Notes under the pieces: generated by a model
Told to the model about the DNA's origin: nothing
Database searches by the model: none
What the model saw: the letters and a program-made list of their open reading frames with translations, nothing else
Shown: positions 17,338 to 27,560 of the stretch, one piece after another
Position numbering within the stretch: position 1 is the first letter of the stretch
Layout: the number at the start of each line of letters is the position of its first letter
Made by a program: the position numbers and the translations under genes
Assembly: GCA_050015075.1 (NCBI GenBank)
Contig: JBEKCB010000012.1
Span: 52,036-116,035, forward strand
Length of the DNA stretch: 64,000 nucleotides
Direction: 5' to 3'
Origin: Candidatus Brocadiia bacterium
GTDB lineage: Bacteria > Planctomycetota > Brocadiia > CAIUPP01

Positions 17338-18417
17338 TCAGGCGTACCGCCCCCAGCGCTTCGCCGTCTCGTACATGGCCAGGACATTCTCCAGCGGAGT
17401 GTTGTCCTGGATCGCATGTGTCGGTGCAAAACAGTATCCGCCGCCGGGCATCATGATGTCAAGCGTCTCGCGGCAGTTCCGCACGACGTCGTCCACCGTC
17501 CCGAACGCGAGCGGGCCGGCGGTGGAAATGCAGCCATGAAAGGCCAGACGTCCGCCGAACCGCTTCTTGAGATAGGCCGGCGCCATGTCCTTCGCCTCCG
17601 GCTGCAGGGTGTCCACGGCGCGGATGCCCATGGCGATGAAGTCCTCGTAAGCCCAACTGCTCGACCCGCACGTGTGCATCATGATGGGGACGTTGTAAGC
17701 CCGGGCGAGGTCGCAGAACGGCTGGAACCGCGGGCGGATGTGCTTGCGGAAGGTGGTCAGGCTGATGATCGGGGCGATCTGCGTGCCAAGGTCCTCGCCC
17801 AGGAAGATGAAGTCCACCGCGCCGCCGGCCTTCTCCAGGATTCGCGCGGTGACCTCGACCTGCAGCTTCATCCGGCGGTCCGCCAGCAGCAGCCCGGCCG
17901 GGTCATCGGTGACGAGGTCAATCAGCGTCTGCTCCATGCCGCGCAGGAACCCGTTGCCGTTGATGATGTCGCCGAAGCCGCCCGCGCCGTTGAGCCCGTA
18001 CTCTCGGTACGTCTTACACTGGGCCGGGATCGTGCTGTAATCGTAGTCGTCCGCCGTCGGCAGCGGCCACGCGGCGACGGCTTCCTCGTCGGCGGTTTTC
18101 AGCGGGAAATCGCAGTAGTCCCAGTAGCTGCCGCTGTCGTGCTCGATGCAGCGGGTGTGAATTCCCCAGACCGGATCAACGCGCCGTCCGGGCAATTCCG
18201 CATGGAGCCGAGGGCCGGCATAGGCGGCGCCGACGTGCCGGAAGTCCACTCCCAGCGCGCGCCGAAGCCCTTCATCGTCGTCCGCCTTCAGGCCGAAGTG
18301 CGTCTTGAGCCGGCGGTCTATGCCGGGGTTGCTGACGTAGTCAATCGGCACACGGTCGGCCTCACGGCAGGCCAGTGCCAGGCGGACGCGTTCCTTGGAC
18401 GTCAGGGACTTGCTCAT
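17338..18417 (-). CDS. Uroporphyrinogen decarboxylase/MtaA-like family protein
   Basis: TSKERV...ADRVP, LRGMEQTLIDL, GEDLGTQ, MHTCGS, FHGCIST, GGGYCFAPTHAIQ..TPLENV. Confidence 0.88.
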   Translation of the reverse strand: MSKSLTSKERVRLALACREADRVPIDYVSNPGIDRRLKTHFGLKADDDEGLRRALGVDFRHVGAAYAGPRLHAELPGRRVDPVWGIHTRCIEHDSGSYWDYCDFPLKTADEEAVAAWPLPTADDYDYSTIPAQCKTYREYGLNGAGGFGDIINGNGFLRGMEQTLIDLVTDDPAGLLLADRRMKLQVEVTARILEKAGGAVDFIFLGEDLGTQIAPIISLTTFRKHIRPRFQPFCDLARAYNVPIMMHTCGSSSWAYEDFIAMGIRAVDTLQPEAKDMAPAYLKKRFGGRLAFHGCISTAGPLAFGTVDDVVRNCRETLDIMMPGGGYCFAPTHAIQDNTPLENVLAMYETAKRWGRYA

Positions 18418-18497
18418 GCGGCCTCTCGGGGCATTCCCGCGACGCACGGCCGGCTGATTTCGCGCAGCCGGTCGTGCCGCCGCGCCTTCGTTTCATT

Positions 18498-19931
18498 CTA
18501 CCGCAAACCCTGCTTGCCGCCCAACTCCGACTGGAGCATGAGATAATACGCCACGCTAGTCAGCTCGCCCCAGCCGTCCGGGTCCTGGGTCGCCTCGAAG
18601 TATTTCTGAATCTCGACGTCATAGGGCGCCAGCGAGGCCCACATCCGCAGAGTTTGGACTTTCGTGTCCTTGTCGGTGGCGAGCGTCACCTGGGCCGCCT
18701 GCGCGTCCTTCGGTTGGACAACAATCTTGCCCTTGCTCGCTTTCGCGTCCCACTGCGCGCTGACCACCTTGCCATTCAAGGCGCCAGGTCCCGCGGAAAT
18801 CGGCTCCGGCGTCTTCGAGTTCGGGAAGCAGGCGTAAACCTCTTTCGCCGTGCCGCTGGAAGGCTGGATCGAGATCTCCATTCCGGCCGCCGGAGCGCCG
18901 GGGCTGACTCCCGCCCAGGCGGTCTTGGCGGTGGCGATCAGGCGGGCGATGTCCGCCTTGTCGAAGACCAGGCCATGCTCGTAGGCGGCGACGATGCCGA
19001 GCGTGTCAAGCTGGTAATAGCCGCTGTTGGGATGGATGAACACCCCGTGCTTGGGGCTGCCGTCGGCCTTGTAATCCCACGGCCCGGCCGGCTGGTTGTA
19101 GTTCCAGATCTCGTAGGTGCCGTCGCCCTTGGGCGTCATCCGGCTCTTCATCACCTTGAACCATCTCTCGGCGTGCTCCTTGTATTCCGGCTTGCCGGTC
19201 ACGTCCCACATCGCGAGCATCCAGCGAGCGACCTCGTTCGCCTTGTTGTTCGGGTGCGAGGCGCCGTGCCCGGGGTTGTTCCGGGTGTCGAAATCAATCC
19301 ACTTTTTGTTGGCCGGGTCCAGCCCATACGGCATGACCACGGACATCAGCCCGCCGTCCTTGGTCTCGCGCCAGCCGCCGCGCTTCGCCCACTTCTCGTA
19401 AAGCTGCTCGGCGAGCTTGAGGTAGCTCTCGCCCTTCGCGCCGTACTTCTCCTTCAGCGCGGGGTTTTTGATCATCTCGCCGGCCATCAGGACGATCGGG
19501 CGGAACACCATCGCGTCGCTGAGCATGCTGTCGGCGTTGTAGTCGTCCATGTGGTCCACCCACGTGCCGGACGCGCCAACCCCGGGCCAGCCGAGGTAGC
19601 CGTCCGGCTCCTTGATGGCGCGCTTGATGAGGGAGTCCGCCCAGTCCACCATCAGATCCACGTACTTGGTGTTATGGGTGGCCATGTAGCCGTAGTAGAA
19701 ACCCTCCATGACGGGCGTCATTCCCCAGGCGATGTCCTCGCCCATGGCGCGGTCGCACGTGCGGTAGCCTCTGGCTTCGCCGGAGATATTCTTGTCCCAG
19801 CGCGCGAGCCACTCCTTTTGCTTCGCCTCGTCCATCTTCGTGAGCGTCATGGCCGGGGGCGCAGTTTGAGCCTGGCAGACAGCCGCCGCCAGCACAAGCC
19901 CGGCGGCGCACAGCGCAATCATCTTCTTCAC
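18498..19931 (-). CDS. Secreted hypothetical protein, predicted (alpha/alpha)-barrel, paralog A1 (with C-terminal insertion)
   Basis: Signal peptide; family motifs YYGYMAT, KEPDGYLGWP, HPNNKAN, PAGPWDY, AAYEHGLVF. The fold is inferred. Confidence 0.85.
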   Translation of the reverse strand: MKKMIALCAAGLVLAAAVCQAQTAPPAMTLTKMDEAKQKEWLARWDKNISGEARGYRTCDRAMGEDIAWGMTPVMEGFYYGYMATHNTKYVDLMVDWADSLIKRAIKEPDGYLGWPGVGASGTWVDHMDDYNADSMLSDAMVFRPIVLMAGEMIKNPALKEKYGAKGESYLKLAEQLYEKWAKRGGWRETKDGGLMSVVMPYGLDPANKKWIDFDTRNNPGHGASHPNNKANEVARWMLAMWDVTGKPEYKEHAERWFKVMKSRMTPKGDGTYEIWNYNQPAGPWDYKADGSPKHGVFIHPNSGYYQLDTLGIVAAYEHGLVFDKADIARLIATAKTAWAGVSPGAPAAGMEISIQPSSGTAKEVYACFPNSKTPEPISAGPGALNGKVVSAQWDAKASKGKIVVQPKDAQAAQVTLATDKDTKVQTLRMWASLAPYDVEIQKYFEATQDPDGWGELTSVAYYLMLQSELGGKQGLR

Positions 19932-19955
19932 GTTTTCTTCTCCTGGGTAAAAGCT

Positions 19956-21389
19956 CTACTTCGCCGCCAGCTCCGCCTGGAGCATGAGATAGTGCGGCGT
20001 CTCGCTGAGCCCGGCCCAGCTATTCGGCTCCTCGGTTGTCTCATAGTTCTTCTGAATCTCGACATCATAGGGGACCAGCCCGTGCCACATCCGCAGGAGC
20101 TGGACCTTGGTGTCCTTGTCGGTGGCGAGCGTCACCCGGGCCGCCTGCGTCTGCGCGGCCCCGGTCATGACGACGATCTTGCCCTGTTTCGCTTTATCGT
20201 CCCAATCTACGCCGAGCACCATGGCGCTAAAGGCGCCGGGGCCGGCGGAGAGCGGCAACGAGGTCATCGAGTTCGGGAAGCAGGCGTTAATCGCTTTCGC
20301 CTTGTCGCCGGCCGGCTGGACCGAGACCGCCATTCCGGTCATCGCGCTGCCGGGGCTGCCGTCCATCCAACTGGTCTTGGCGGTGGCGACCAGGCGCGCG
20401 ATGTCGGCCTTGTCGAAGACCACGCCATGCTCGTAGGCGGCGACGATGGCGCGCGTGTCGCCCCAGTAATACCCGCCGTTGGGATGGACGCCGATCCAGT
20501 GCTTGGGGCTGCCGTCGGGCTTGTAATCCCACGGGCCGGCCGGCTGCCAGTAGTTCCAGATCTCGTAGGTGCCGTCGCTCTTGAGCTTCATCCGGCTCTT
20601 CTGCACCTTGAACCATCGCTCCGCGTGGTCCTTGTATTCCGGCTTGCCCGTCACATCCCACATCGCTAGCATCCAGCGGGCGACCTCGTTCGCCTTGTTA
20701 TCCGGGTGCGAGGCGCCGTGACCGGGAGCGTTCCTCGTGTCGAAGCCGATCCATTTCTGGTTGGTCGGGTCCATCCCGTACGGCATGACCACGGAGATCA
20801 ATCCACCCTCGCCGGTCTCGCGCCAGCCGCCGCGCTTCACCCACTTCTCATAGAGCTGCTCGGCGAGCTTGAGATAGCTTTCGCCTTTCGCGCGGTACTT
20901 CTCCTTCAGCGCGGGGTTCTTGATCATCTCCCCGGCCAGCAGCACGATCGGGCGGAACACCATGGCCTCGCTGAGCATGCTGTCGGCGTTCCAGTCGTCC
21001 AGGTTGTCCACCCAACTGCCGGCCGCTCCCTTCGAGGGCCAGCCGACGAAGCCGTCGGGCTCTTTCACGGCGCGCTTGATGAGCGAGTCCGCCCAGTCCA
21101 CCATCATGTCCACGTACTTGGTGTCATGGGTGGCCATGTAGCCGTAGTAGTAGCCGTCCATGATGGGAGTCATTCCCCAGGCGATGCCTTCGCCCATCTC
21201 ACGGTCGCACGTGCGGTAGCCCTTGGATTCGCCGGAGATCTCCTTGTCCCAGAGGGTGAACCACTCCTTTTGCTTTGCCTCGTCCATCTTCACGAGGGTC
21301 ATGGCCGGGTTCAACGCCGTCTGCGCCTGGCAGAGAGACGCCGCGAGCACAATACCGGCGGAGCACAGCCCGATCATCATCTTCTTCAC
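19956..21389 (-). CDS. Secreted hypothetical protein, paralog A2 (with C-terminal insertion)
   Basis: Colinear with A1 over its full length; signal peptide. Confidence 0.85.
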   Translation of the reverse strand: MKKMMIGLCSAGIVLAASLCQAQTALNPAMTLVKMDEAKQKEWFTLWDKEISGESKGYRTCDREMGEGIAWGMTPIMDGYYYGYMATHDTKYVDMMVDWADSLIKRAVKEPDGFVGWPSKGAAGSWVDNLDDWNADSMLSEAMVFRPIVLLAGEMIKNPALKEKYRAKGESYLKLAEQLYEKWVKRGGWRETGEGGLISVVMPYGMDPTNQKWIGFDTRNAPGHGASHPDNKANEVARWMLAMWDVTGKPEYKDHAERWFKVQKSRMKLKSDGTYEIWNYWQPAGPWDYKPDGSPKHWIGVHPNGGYYWGDTRAIVAAYEHGVVFDKADIARLVATAKTSWMDGSPGSAMTGMAVSVQPAGDKAKAINACFPNSMTSLPLSAGPGAFSAMVLGVDWDDKAKQGKIVVMTGAAQTQAARVTLATDKDTKVQLLRMWHGLVPYDVEIQKNYETTEEPNSWAGLSETPHYLMLQAELAAK

Positions 21390-21460
21390 GCTTTCCTCTC
21401 CCGTTCTTCAATGGCCGCCCGCCAGGAAACGATCCCTGCGCCGAATCCCGCGGCAAAGCC

Positions 21461-22612
21461 CTACTTGCCGGCCAACTTCGCCTGGAGCATGAGATAGTGC
21501 GACAGGCCCAGCCCGCCCCAGTTATCCGGGTTCGCGCTTGCCTCGAATTCTTTCTGAATCTCGACATCATACGGAGCCAGCGCGGACCACCGCCGATTCG
21601 TTTTCTTGGAGGTGGCGATCAGGCGCGCGATGTCGGCCTTGTCGAAGACCAGGCCATGCTCATAGGCGGCGACGATGGCGGTGGTGTCAATCTGGTAATA
21701 CCCGCCGTTGGGATGGACGCCCACCCAGTGCTTGGTGCTGCCGTCCGGCTTGTAATCCCACGGGCCGGCCGGCTGATGGTAGTTCCAAATCTCGTAGGTG
21801 CCGTCGGCCTTAACCGGCATCCGGCTCTTCATGAGCTTGAACCATTTCTCCGCGTGTTCCTTGTATTCCGGCTTGCCCGTGACGTCCCACATGGCGAGCA
21901 TCCACATGGCGACCTCGTTGGCCTTGTTGTTAGGGTGCGAGAATCCGTGCCCGGGGTCGTTCCGCGTGTCGAAACCGATCCACTTCGTGCGGGTCGGGTC
22001 CAGGCCGTAGGGCAGGACTACGGAGATCATCCCGCCATCCTTGGTCTCCCGCCAGCCGCCGCGCTTCGCCCATTTCTCGTAGAGCTGCTCGGCGAACTTG
22101 AGGTAGCTCACGCCTTTCGCGCCGTACTTCTCCTTCAGCGCAGGGTTCTTGATCATCTCGCCGGCCATCAGGACGATCGGGCGGAACACCATCGCGTCGC
22201 TGAGCATGCTGTCGGCGTCGAAGGTCTTATCCAGGTTGTCCACGTCGGTGCCGGCTGCCGCGAAGGATGGCCAGCCGAAGTAGCCGTCGGGCTCCTTCAC
22301 GGCCCGCTTGATCAAGTGGTCCGCCCAGTCCACCAGCATATCCACGTACTTGGTGTTCTTCGTGGCCATGTAGCCGTAGTACAAGCCGTCCATGACGCCC
22401 GTCATCTTCCAGGCGATGTCCTCGCCCACGGCGCTTTCGCACACGCGGTAGCCCTTGACTTCGCCGGAGATATTCTTGTCCCAGCGGGCGAGCCAGTCTT
22501 TTTGCTTCGCCTCGTCCATCTTCGTGAGCGTCATGGCCGGAGGTGTGGTCTGCGCCTGGCAGACGGCCGCCAGCAAAAGCCCGGCAACGCACAGCCCAAT
22601 CGGCTTCCTCAT
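21461..22612 (-). CDS. Secreted hypothetical protein, paralog A3 (no insertion)
   Basis: Colinear with A1/A2 but lacks the roughly 90-aa insert; GGAGGAGG RBS. Confidence 0.85.
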   Translation of the reverse strand: MRKPIGLCVAGLLLAAVCQAQTTPPAMTLTKMDEAKQKDWLARWDKNISGEVKGYRVCESAVGEDIAWKMTGVMDGLYYGYMATKNTKYVDMLVDWADHLIKRAVKEPDGYFGWPSFAAAGTDVDNLDKTFDADSMLSDAMVFRPIVLMAGEMIKNPALKEKYGAKGVSYLKFAEQLYEKWAKRGGWRETKDGGMISVVLPYGLDPTRTKWIGFDTRNDPGHGFSHPNNKANEVAMWMLAMWDVTGKPEYKEHAEKWFKLMKSRMPVKADGTYEIWNYHQPAGPWDYKPDGSTKHWVGVHPNGGYYQIDTTAIVAAYEHGLVFDKADIARLIATSKKTNRRWSALAPYDVEIQKEFEASANPDNWGGLGLSHYLMLQAKLAGK

Positions 22613-22676
22613 GCTTCCTCCTCCTTTTATTCAATGGCCGCTCGCGCGGCGCGTGACAGAGATCGTATCCTTCGGC

Positions 22677-24428
22677 CTAATTCGCACCCAGAGTATCAAC
22701 CACCATGATGCCTTCGACCTTCACGTCTTTTCGACCGGCCACGTCAATCCCGCCGTCCCGCACCACCGTCTCGAAGAGGTGCAGCCGCGGGTCGCCGCCG
22801 GTCTTCACCATGATCCGTTTAGCCGCCGCGTCGTAGGTGAACTCACTCCACGGCTTGCCATCGCGGAGCAGTTTCTTCGGCTCGGCGGCAAGCGGCGCCC
22901 ACCACGTTCCGCCTTCGCGCGTCCAACCGGCGACTTCGTCCGCGCCGCTGATCGTCACCTTCTCATCCTTCATCGCCCGGATCGTTACGCCGTCGCTCGC
23001 CGGATGAAGCGTCTCGCGGTACACGCCGCCGCGGAGCACGATCGTCTCGCCCTGCTGCGCAATCGCGCACGCCTTGGAAGTCGTCGCCAGCGGCACGCCC
23101 GGATAGCCCCACGCCGGCTCGTCCGCCGCCGCCGGATGACGCGGGTCCACGTACCAGATGTTGGGCCATTCCATGGCCCCAAGCGTCACGCCGCCCTTGC
23201 CCGCGCCGATGGCCGGGCTGCCCTTGCGCAGGCGGAAATCGCGTTTCGGCGGATCCACAAGGAGCGGGTCCTTATCGTTGATGTTCGTCGCGCCGGTGAG
23301 CGCCCGAGTCTGGTACGTCAGGTTGTACTCGATCAGCGGCTTGGAGGGGGTAATCTTTTTGTCCGTATCCACAACGGCTCTCTCGGCGTCGCAGAGGATG
23401 TTGTTGCGGATCTGCCCGTTGGTGGATTCCGCGCCGCACAGGCCGATGCAGGCCCATCGCACGGTGCAGATGGTGCAGTTCTCGATCGTCACGTCGAGCG
23501 CCTGCATGATGCACGGGCCCCAGCCTCCGCTCAGGAACTTCGGCGACCAGTTGGTGGAATAGATGTTGTGCCGGAAGGTCAGGTTCCGCACGTTGCCGAT
23601 GTGCGGCGCGCTCTCCACCATGCAGCCCTGGTGGAAATCGAAGCAGGTGTTGTACTCGAAGAGCAGGTCCTTCGCGATGTCGCCGTTGTCCGCGAACGTC
23701 TGAATGCAATCCACGTGGGCGACCCCGATTTCATTCTGGGTGCTGCCGTGGTAGTAGTTATATCGCTCCACGCAGCCCTGGCCGAAGAACCGCGAGTAGT
23801 CGCAGTCGCCGTACGGAGGGTACATCCACAGCCGGCTCACCTCGTTATTCTCCAGCATCCAGTCGTTCCCGCTCATCACGAAGCCCAAATCGGTGTGATA
23901 GACTTTGTTATAGGCGATCCGGTTATGCGACACCGTCGAGTAGTCCGGGTGGCCATCAACTTTAGCCTCGCCTACGTCCCCGGTGACGCCTATCCCCATG
24001 TCGTGGATATAGTTGTCCAGCACCTCGCAGTAACTCCCGCCCAGCTCCACCGCTACGGCGGATTTCGCCGCCGTGATCTCGAAGCCGACCACGCGGATGT
24101 AACTGGCCGGCAGATTGAACCCGTTCACGACGGCCGACCGTCGCGGCATGGCCTGGAACGTGATTGGCTTGCCCTCCACGCCGCTGGTCTTGACCTGGAC
24201 CCGCTCCTCGTACCCACCCGCCATGACGCAGACGGTGTCGCCCGGCTTGACCACGCCGGCCGCGCGCTGGATCGTCTTGAAGGGGCTTTCTTCCGTGCCG
24301 GGATTCGTGTCCGCCGCGCCGGGCGCCGCCTGGTCCACCACGTACACGGACGCCCGCGCCTCGCGCCCGACCAGCGAGATCGCCGACAACACAACCAGGC
24401 AGAAAGGGCTCCAGCGCATAACCTTCAT
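22677..24428 (-). CDS. Secreted right-handed parallel beta-helix (DUF1565/pectin lyase-like fold) protein
   Basis: Signal peptide; DTNPGTEESPFKTIQRAA..PGDTV; Asn-ladder repeats (IAYNKVY, LENNEV, FEYNTC, FRHNIY, IENCTI); DFRLRKGSPAIGAG; second DUF1565-like start near the C-terminus. Confidence 0.85.
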   Translation of the reverse strand: MKVMRWSPFCLVVLSAISLVGREARASVYVVDQAAPGAADTNPGTEESPFKTIQRAAGVVKPGDTVCVMAGGYEERVQVKTSGVEGKPITFQAMPRRSAVVNGFNLPASYIRVVGFEITAAKSAVAVELGGSYCEVLDNYIHDMGIGVTGDVGEAKVDGHPDYSTVSHNRIAYNKVYHTDLGFVMSGNDWMLENNEVSRLWMYPPYGDCDYSRFFGQGCVERYNYYHGSTQNEIGVAHVDCIQTFADNGDIAKDLLFEYNTCFDFHQGCMVESAPHIGNVRNLTFRHNIYSTNWSPKFLSGGWGPCIMQALDVTIENCTICTVRWACIGLCGAESTNGQIRNNILCDAERAVVDTDKKITPSKPLIEYNLTYQTRALTGATNINDKDPLLVDPPKRDFRLRKGSPAIGAGKGGVTLGAMEWPNIWYVDPRHPAAADEPAWGYPGVPLATTSKACAIAQQGETIVLRGGVYRETLHPASDGVTIRAMKDEKVTISGADEVAGWTREGGTWWAPLAAEPKKLLRDGKPWSEFTYDAAAKRIMVKTGGDPRLHLFETVVRDGGIDVAGRKDVKVEGIMVVDTLGAN

Positions 24429-24468
24429 CCAGTCTCTCCTTGAAGCGAAGCACGCGCGCTACTGCGGC

Positions 24469-26271
24469 CTACCTCGCGCCCGACGCGGCCTCACCTAGAC
24501 TATCAACCGTCTCAATCGAGCCTTCGACCTTCACACCCTTTCGGCCCGCCAGATCAATCCCGGCGTGCCGCACCATCGTCTCAAAGAGGTGCAGCCGCGG
24601 ATCGCCACCAATCTTCACCATGATCCGTTTACCAGCCGCGTCGTAGGTGAACTCGCTCCACGGCTTGCCATCGCGGAGCAGTTTCTTTGGCTCGGCGGAC
24701 AGCGGCGCCCACCATGCTCCATTCTCGCCGCGAGTCCAGCCGGCGACTTCGTCCGCGCCGCTGATCGTCACCTTCTCATCCTTCATCGCCCGGATCGTCA
24801 CGCCGTCGCTGGCTGGCCGAAGCATCTCGCGATACACGCCGCCGCGGAGCACGATCGTCTCGCCCTGCTGCGCAATCGCGCACGCCTTGGAAGCCGTCGC
24901 CAGCGGCACGCCCGGATAGCCCCATGCCGGCTCGTCCGCCGCCGCCGGATGACGCGGGTCCACGTACCAGATGTTCGGCCATTCCATGGCCCCAATCGTC
25001 ACGCCGCCCTTGCCCGCGCCGATGGCCGGGCTGCCTTTGCGCAGGCGGAAATTGCGTTCCTGAGGATCCACAAGGAGCGGGTCCTTGCCGTTGATGTTCG
25101 TCTCGCCGGCGAGCGCCCGAGCCCGGTACGTCAGGTTGTACTCGATCACCGGCTTGGCGGGCGTGAAACCTTCCGTTAAGCCACCCTCATCCGCGTCGCC
25201 GACGACGACCGCCCTCTCCGCATCGCAGAGGATGTTGTTGAGGATATATCCGTTGGTTGATTCCTTGCCCCGCAGGCCGATGCAGGCCCAACGCACCGTG
25301 GAGATGGTGCAGTTCTCGATCGTCACATCGAGCGTCTGGCAGATGTCCGGGCCCCAGCCTCCGCCCAGCAACTTCGGCGCTCCGTTGGCGGAATAGATGT
25401 TGCCCCGGAAGGTCCAGTTGCGCACGCTGCCGATGTGCGGATCGCTTTCCACCATGCACCCCTGGTGGAAATCGAAGCAGGTGTTGTATTCGAAAACCAG
25501 GTCCTTGGCGATCTCGCCATTGACGGTGAACGTCTGAAGGCAATCCACGTGCGCGACTTTAATCTCCTTCTGGGCGCTGCCGTGGAAATAGTTGTACCGC
25601 TCCACGCAGCCCCGGCCGAAAAACCGCGTGTAGTCGCAATCGTCATACTGTTTGCCCGGGCTGTACATCCACAGCCGGTTCACCTCGTTGTTCTCCAGCA
25701 GCCAGTCGTTCCCGCACATGTTGAAACCGTACTCGCTGTGATAGACCTTGTTATAGGCGATCCGGTTGTGCGACACCGTCGAGTAGTCCCGCTTGCCATC
25801 GGCTGAAGGCGCGCCGCCGGTCCCGTTGACGCCCACCATCATCTCGTGGATGTAGTTGTCCAGCACCTCGCAGTAATTCCCGCCGAGCACCACCGCGTCG
25901 GCCGGCTTCCCGGCCGTGATCTCGAAACCGACCACGCGGATATAACTGGCCGGCAGATCGAACCCGCTCACGACGGCCGACCGCCGCGGCATGGCCCGGA
26001 ACGTGATCGGCTTGCCCTTCGAGCCGCTGGTCTTGACTTTGACCCGCTCATCGTACCGGCCCGCCATGACGCAGACGGTGTCGCCCGGCTTGACCACATC
26101 GGCCGCGCGCTGGATCGTCTTGAAGGGACTCTCTTCCGTGCCAAGGTTCGTGTCCGCCGCGCCGGGCGCCGCCTGGTCCACCACGTACACGGACGCCCGC
26201 GCCGCGCGCGCATGCAGCGTGACCGCCGAGAACACGGCCACGCAGAAGGGGCTCCATAGCAGAGCCTTCAT
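24469..26271 (-). CDS. Secreted right-handed beta-helix protein, tandem paralog
   Basis: Start MKALLWSP at 26271 (ATGA overlap with the upstream gene). Colinear with 22677..24428. Confidence 0.85.
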   Translation of the reverse strand: MKALLWSPFCVAVFSAVTLHARAARASVYVVDQAAPGAADTNLGTEESPFKTIQRAADVVKPGDTVCVMAGRYDERVKVKTSGSKGKPITFRAMPRRSAVVSGFDLPASYIRVVGFEITAGKPADAVVLGGNYCEVLDNYIHEMMVGVNGTGGAPSADGKRDYSTVSHNRIAYNKVYHSEYGFNMCGNDWLLENNEVNRLWMYSPGKQYDDCDYTRFFGRGCVERYNYFHGSAQKEIKVAHVDCLQTFTVNGEIAKDLVFEYNTCFDFHQGCMVESDPHIGSVRNWTFRGNIYSANGAPKLLGGGWGPDICQTLDVTIENCTISTVRWACIGLRGKESTNGYILNNILCDAERAVVVGDADEGGLTEGFTPAKPVIEYNLTYRARALAGETNINGKDPLLVDPQERNFRLRKGSPAIGAGKGGVTIGAMEWPNIWYVDPRHPAAADEPAWGYPGVPLATASKACAIAQQGETIVLRGGVYREMLRPASDGVTIRAMKDEKVTISGADEVAGWTRGENGAWWAPLSAEPKKLLRDGKPWSEFTYDAAGKRIMVKIGGDPRLHLFETMVRHAGIDLAGRKGVKVEGSIETVDSLGEAASGAR

Positions 26272-27560
26272 CGCAGTCTCTCCTTGACGTGCTTTCCACC
26301 GGGCGCATCGAAGCTGATCAAGTCGCATATGGGTGCTGCCTTGCGGTCCAGTCCGGCAGGAGAGGCTTCGATCCACGGGCAGGAGTACAGTTTCCCGTTC
26401 GGGTGGACGGCGAGCGTGTGCGCCATCGTGGGATAGCGGCCGTCGGCCAGCCGCACCACGCCATGGTCGGCGTGGCGTCCGGTGCGCAGATGGTACGTCA
26501 CCACGTGAACGGCCTCCTTCACCCGCCGGCCGTCCTCCGCGGTGAAGCCGTAAGTGCTCGTGAGGTAATAGACGGTCTGCCCGTCGAGGCCGAGCCGCAG
26601 CGAGAGATAGCCATAGCGGTACGGTTCGAACTGCCCGCTTTCGCGCACCTCCTGCGCGCAGATCCGGTCCAGCACCGTCAGCCGGGGCGCGGCGGGATCG
26701 AAGCGGAATAGCCATGCGGATTTCGGATGGACGCCGTAGAAGACATGGTCCGCCTCATGCCAGAAGATGTCGCGCCAGTTGTACCCCTGGTGGCCGGGCT
26801 TGTGCGGGTCCCACGCGCCGAAGATGTCGCGTTTCATTTGGACGCCTGGCATCGGCTCCACGAGGTCCCGCGCGAAGCTGTATCGCAGGATTTCGCCCTC
26901 GGCATTCGTGAGGAAGATGTCGCCCGTCTCCGGCCACAGGCCCAGGCTGCGGCACAGGCAGAAGTAATTCTGTCCCTCGCCGATCTCGCCGTCGCCGCAG
27001 ACCTTGCCCAGGTTGCGCAGCCGGCGCGCGGCGATGTCATAGACCAGGAAGTAACTCTTCGGCCAGGTCAGCCCGTAGATGCGCTTGCGCACGGGGTCGA
27101 GTTGCATCGAAATGATGCCTTCTTCCGCCGCGCCGATCACCAGGTCTTCGAATCGCCCTGTGGCCAGGTCGTATGAGAGAAAATGCCCGCCGGGATAAGG
27201 TTTGTATCCTTCGGGCACTCCCGCCGGCCGTTCCTTGTCGCCGGAGGACTGGAAGAATCCGTACTGCGTGCAGAAATACAACTTCCCGTCGCACTCGAAG
27301 AACGGGACGTGCGACTTGCCCTGCGGAATCGTCTTCCGCCCCGCCTCGCCGGTCACCTCGCCCAGGTCGCCGAGCAGCGTCACCCGGTCGGTTGAAGGTT
27401 CGTAGCGATAGACCCGGCCGTGCGTGTTCAAGTCGTGCGAGCAGAGGGTGTAATATACGTTCCCGTCGCTCGCCAGCGACAGGGAGTAGAAATTGGAGTC
27501 CGATTTCTCAAAACCCGACGCATGCAGCCGCGCGGGAATTACGGCATTCGGGGTGCTCAT
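26268..27560 (-). CDS. Hypothetical beta-propeller-like protein
   Basis: Repeated beta-blade patterns (ASDGNVYY, QGKSHV, GKLYF, YPGGHFLSYD, RIYGLTWP). Translationally coupled on both sides. Confidence 0.75.
   Translation of the reverse strand: MSTPNAVIPARLHASGFEKSDSNFYSLSLASDGNVYYTLCSHDLNTHGRVYRYEPSTDRVTLLGDLGEVTGEAGRKTIPQGKSHVPFFECDGKLYFCTQYGFFQSSGDKERPAGVPEGYKPYPGGHFLSYDLATGRFEDLVIGAAEEGIISMQLDPVRKRIYGLTWPKSYFLVYDIAARRLRNLGKVCGDGEIGEGQNYFCLCRSLGLWPETGDIFLTNAEGEILRYSFARDLVEPMPGVQMKRDIFGAWDPHKPGHQGYNWRDIFWHEADHVFYGVHPKSAWLFRFDPAAPRLTVLDRICAQEVRESGQFEPYRYGYLSLRLGLDGQTVYYLTSTYGFTAEDGRRVKEAVHVVTYHLRTGRHADHGVVRLADGRYPTMAHTLAVHPNGKLYSCPWIEASPAGLDRKAAPICDLISFDAPGGKHVKERLR

Noticed and set aside
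17338-18417. hemE (true uroporphyrinogen decarboxylase) call for this gene and 47935..49089
   Set aside because: They lack the HemE RQAGR motif and have no tetrapyrrole gene context.
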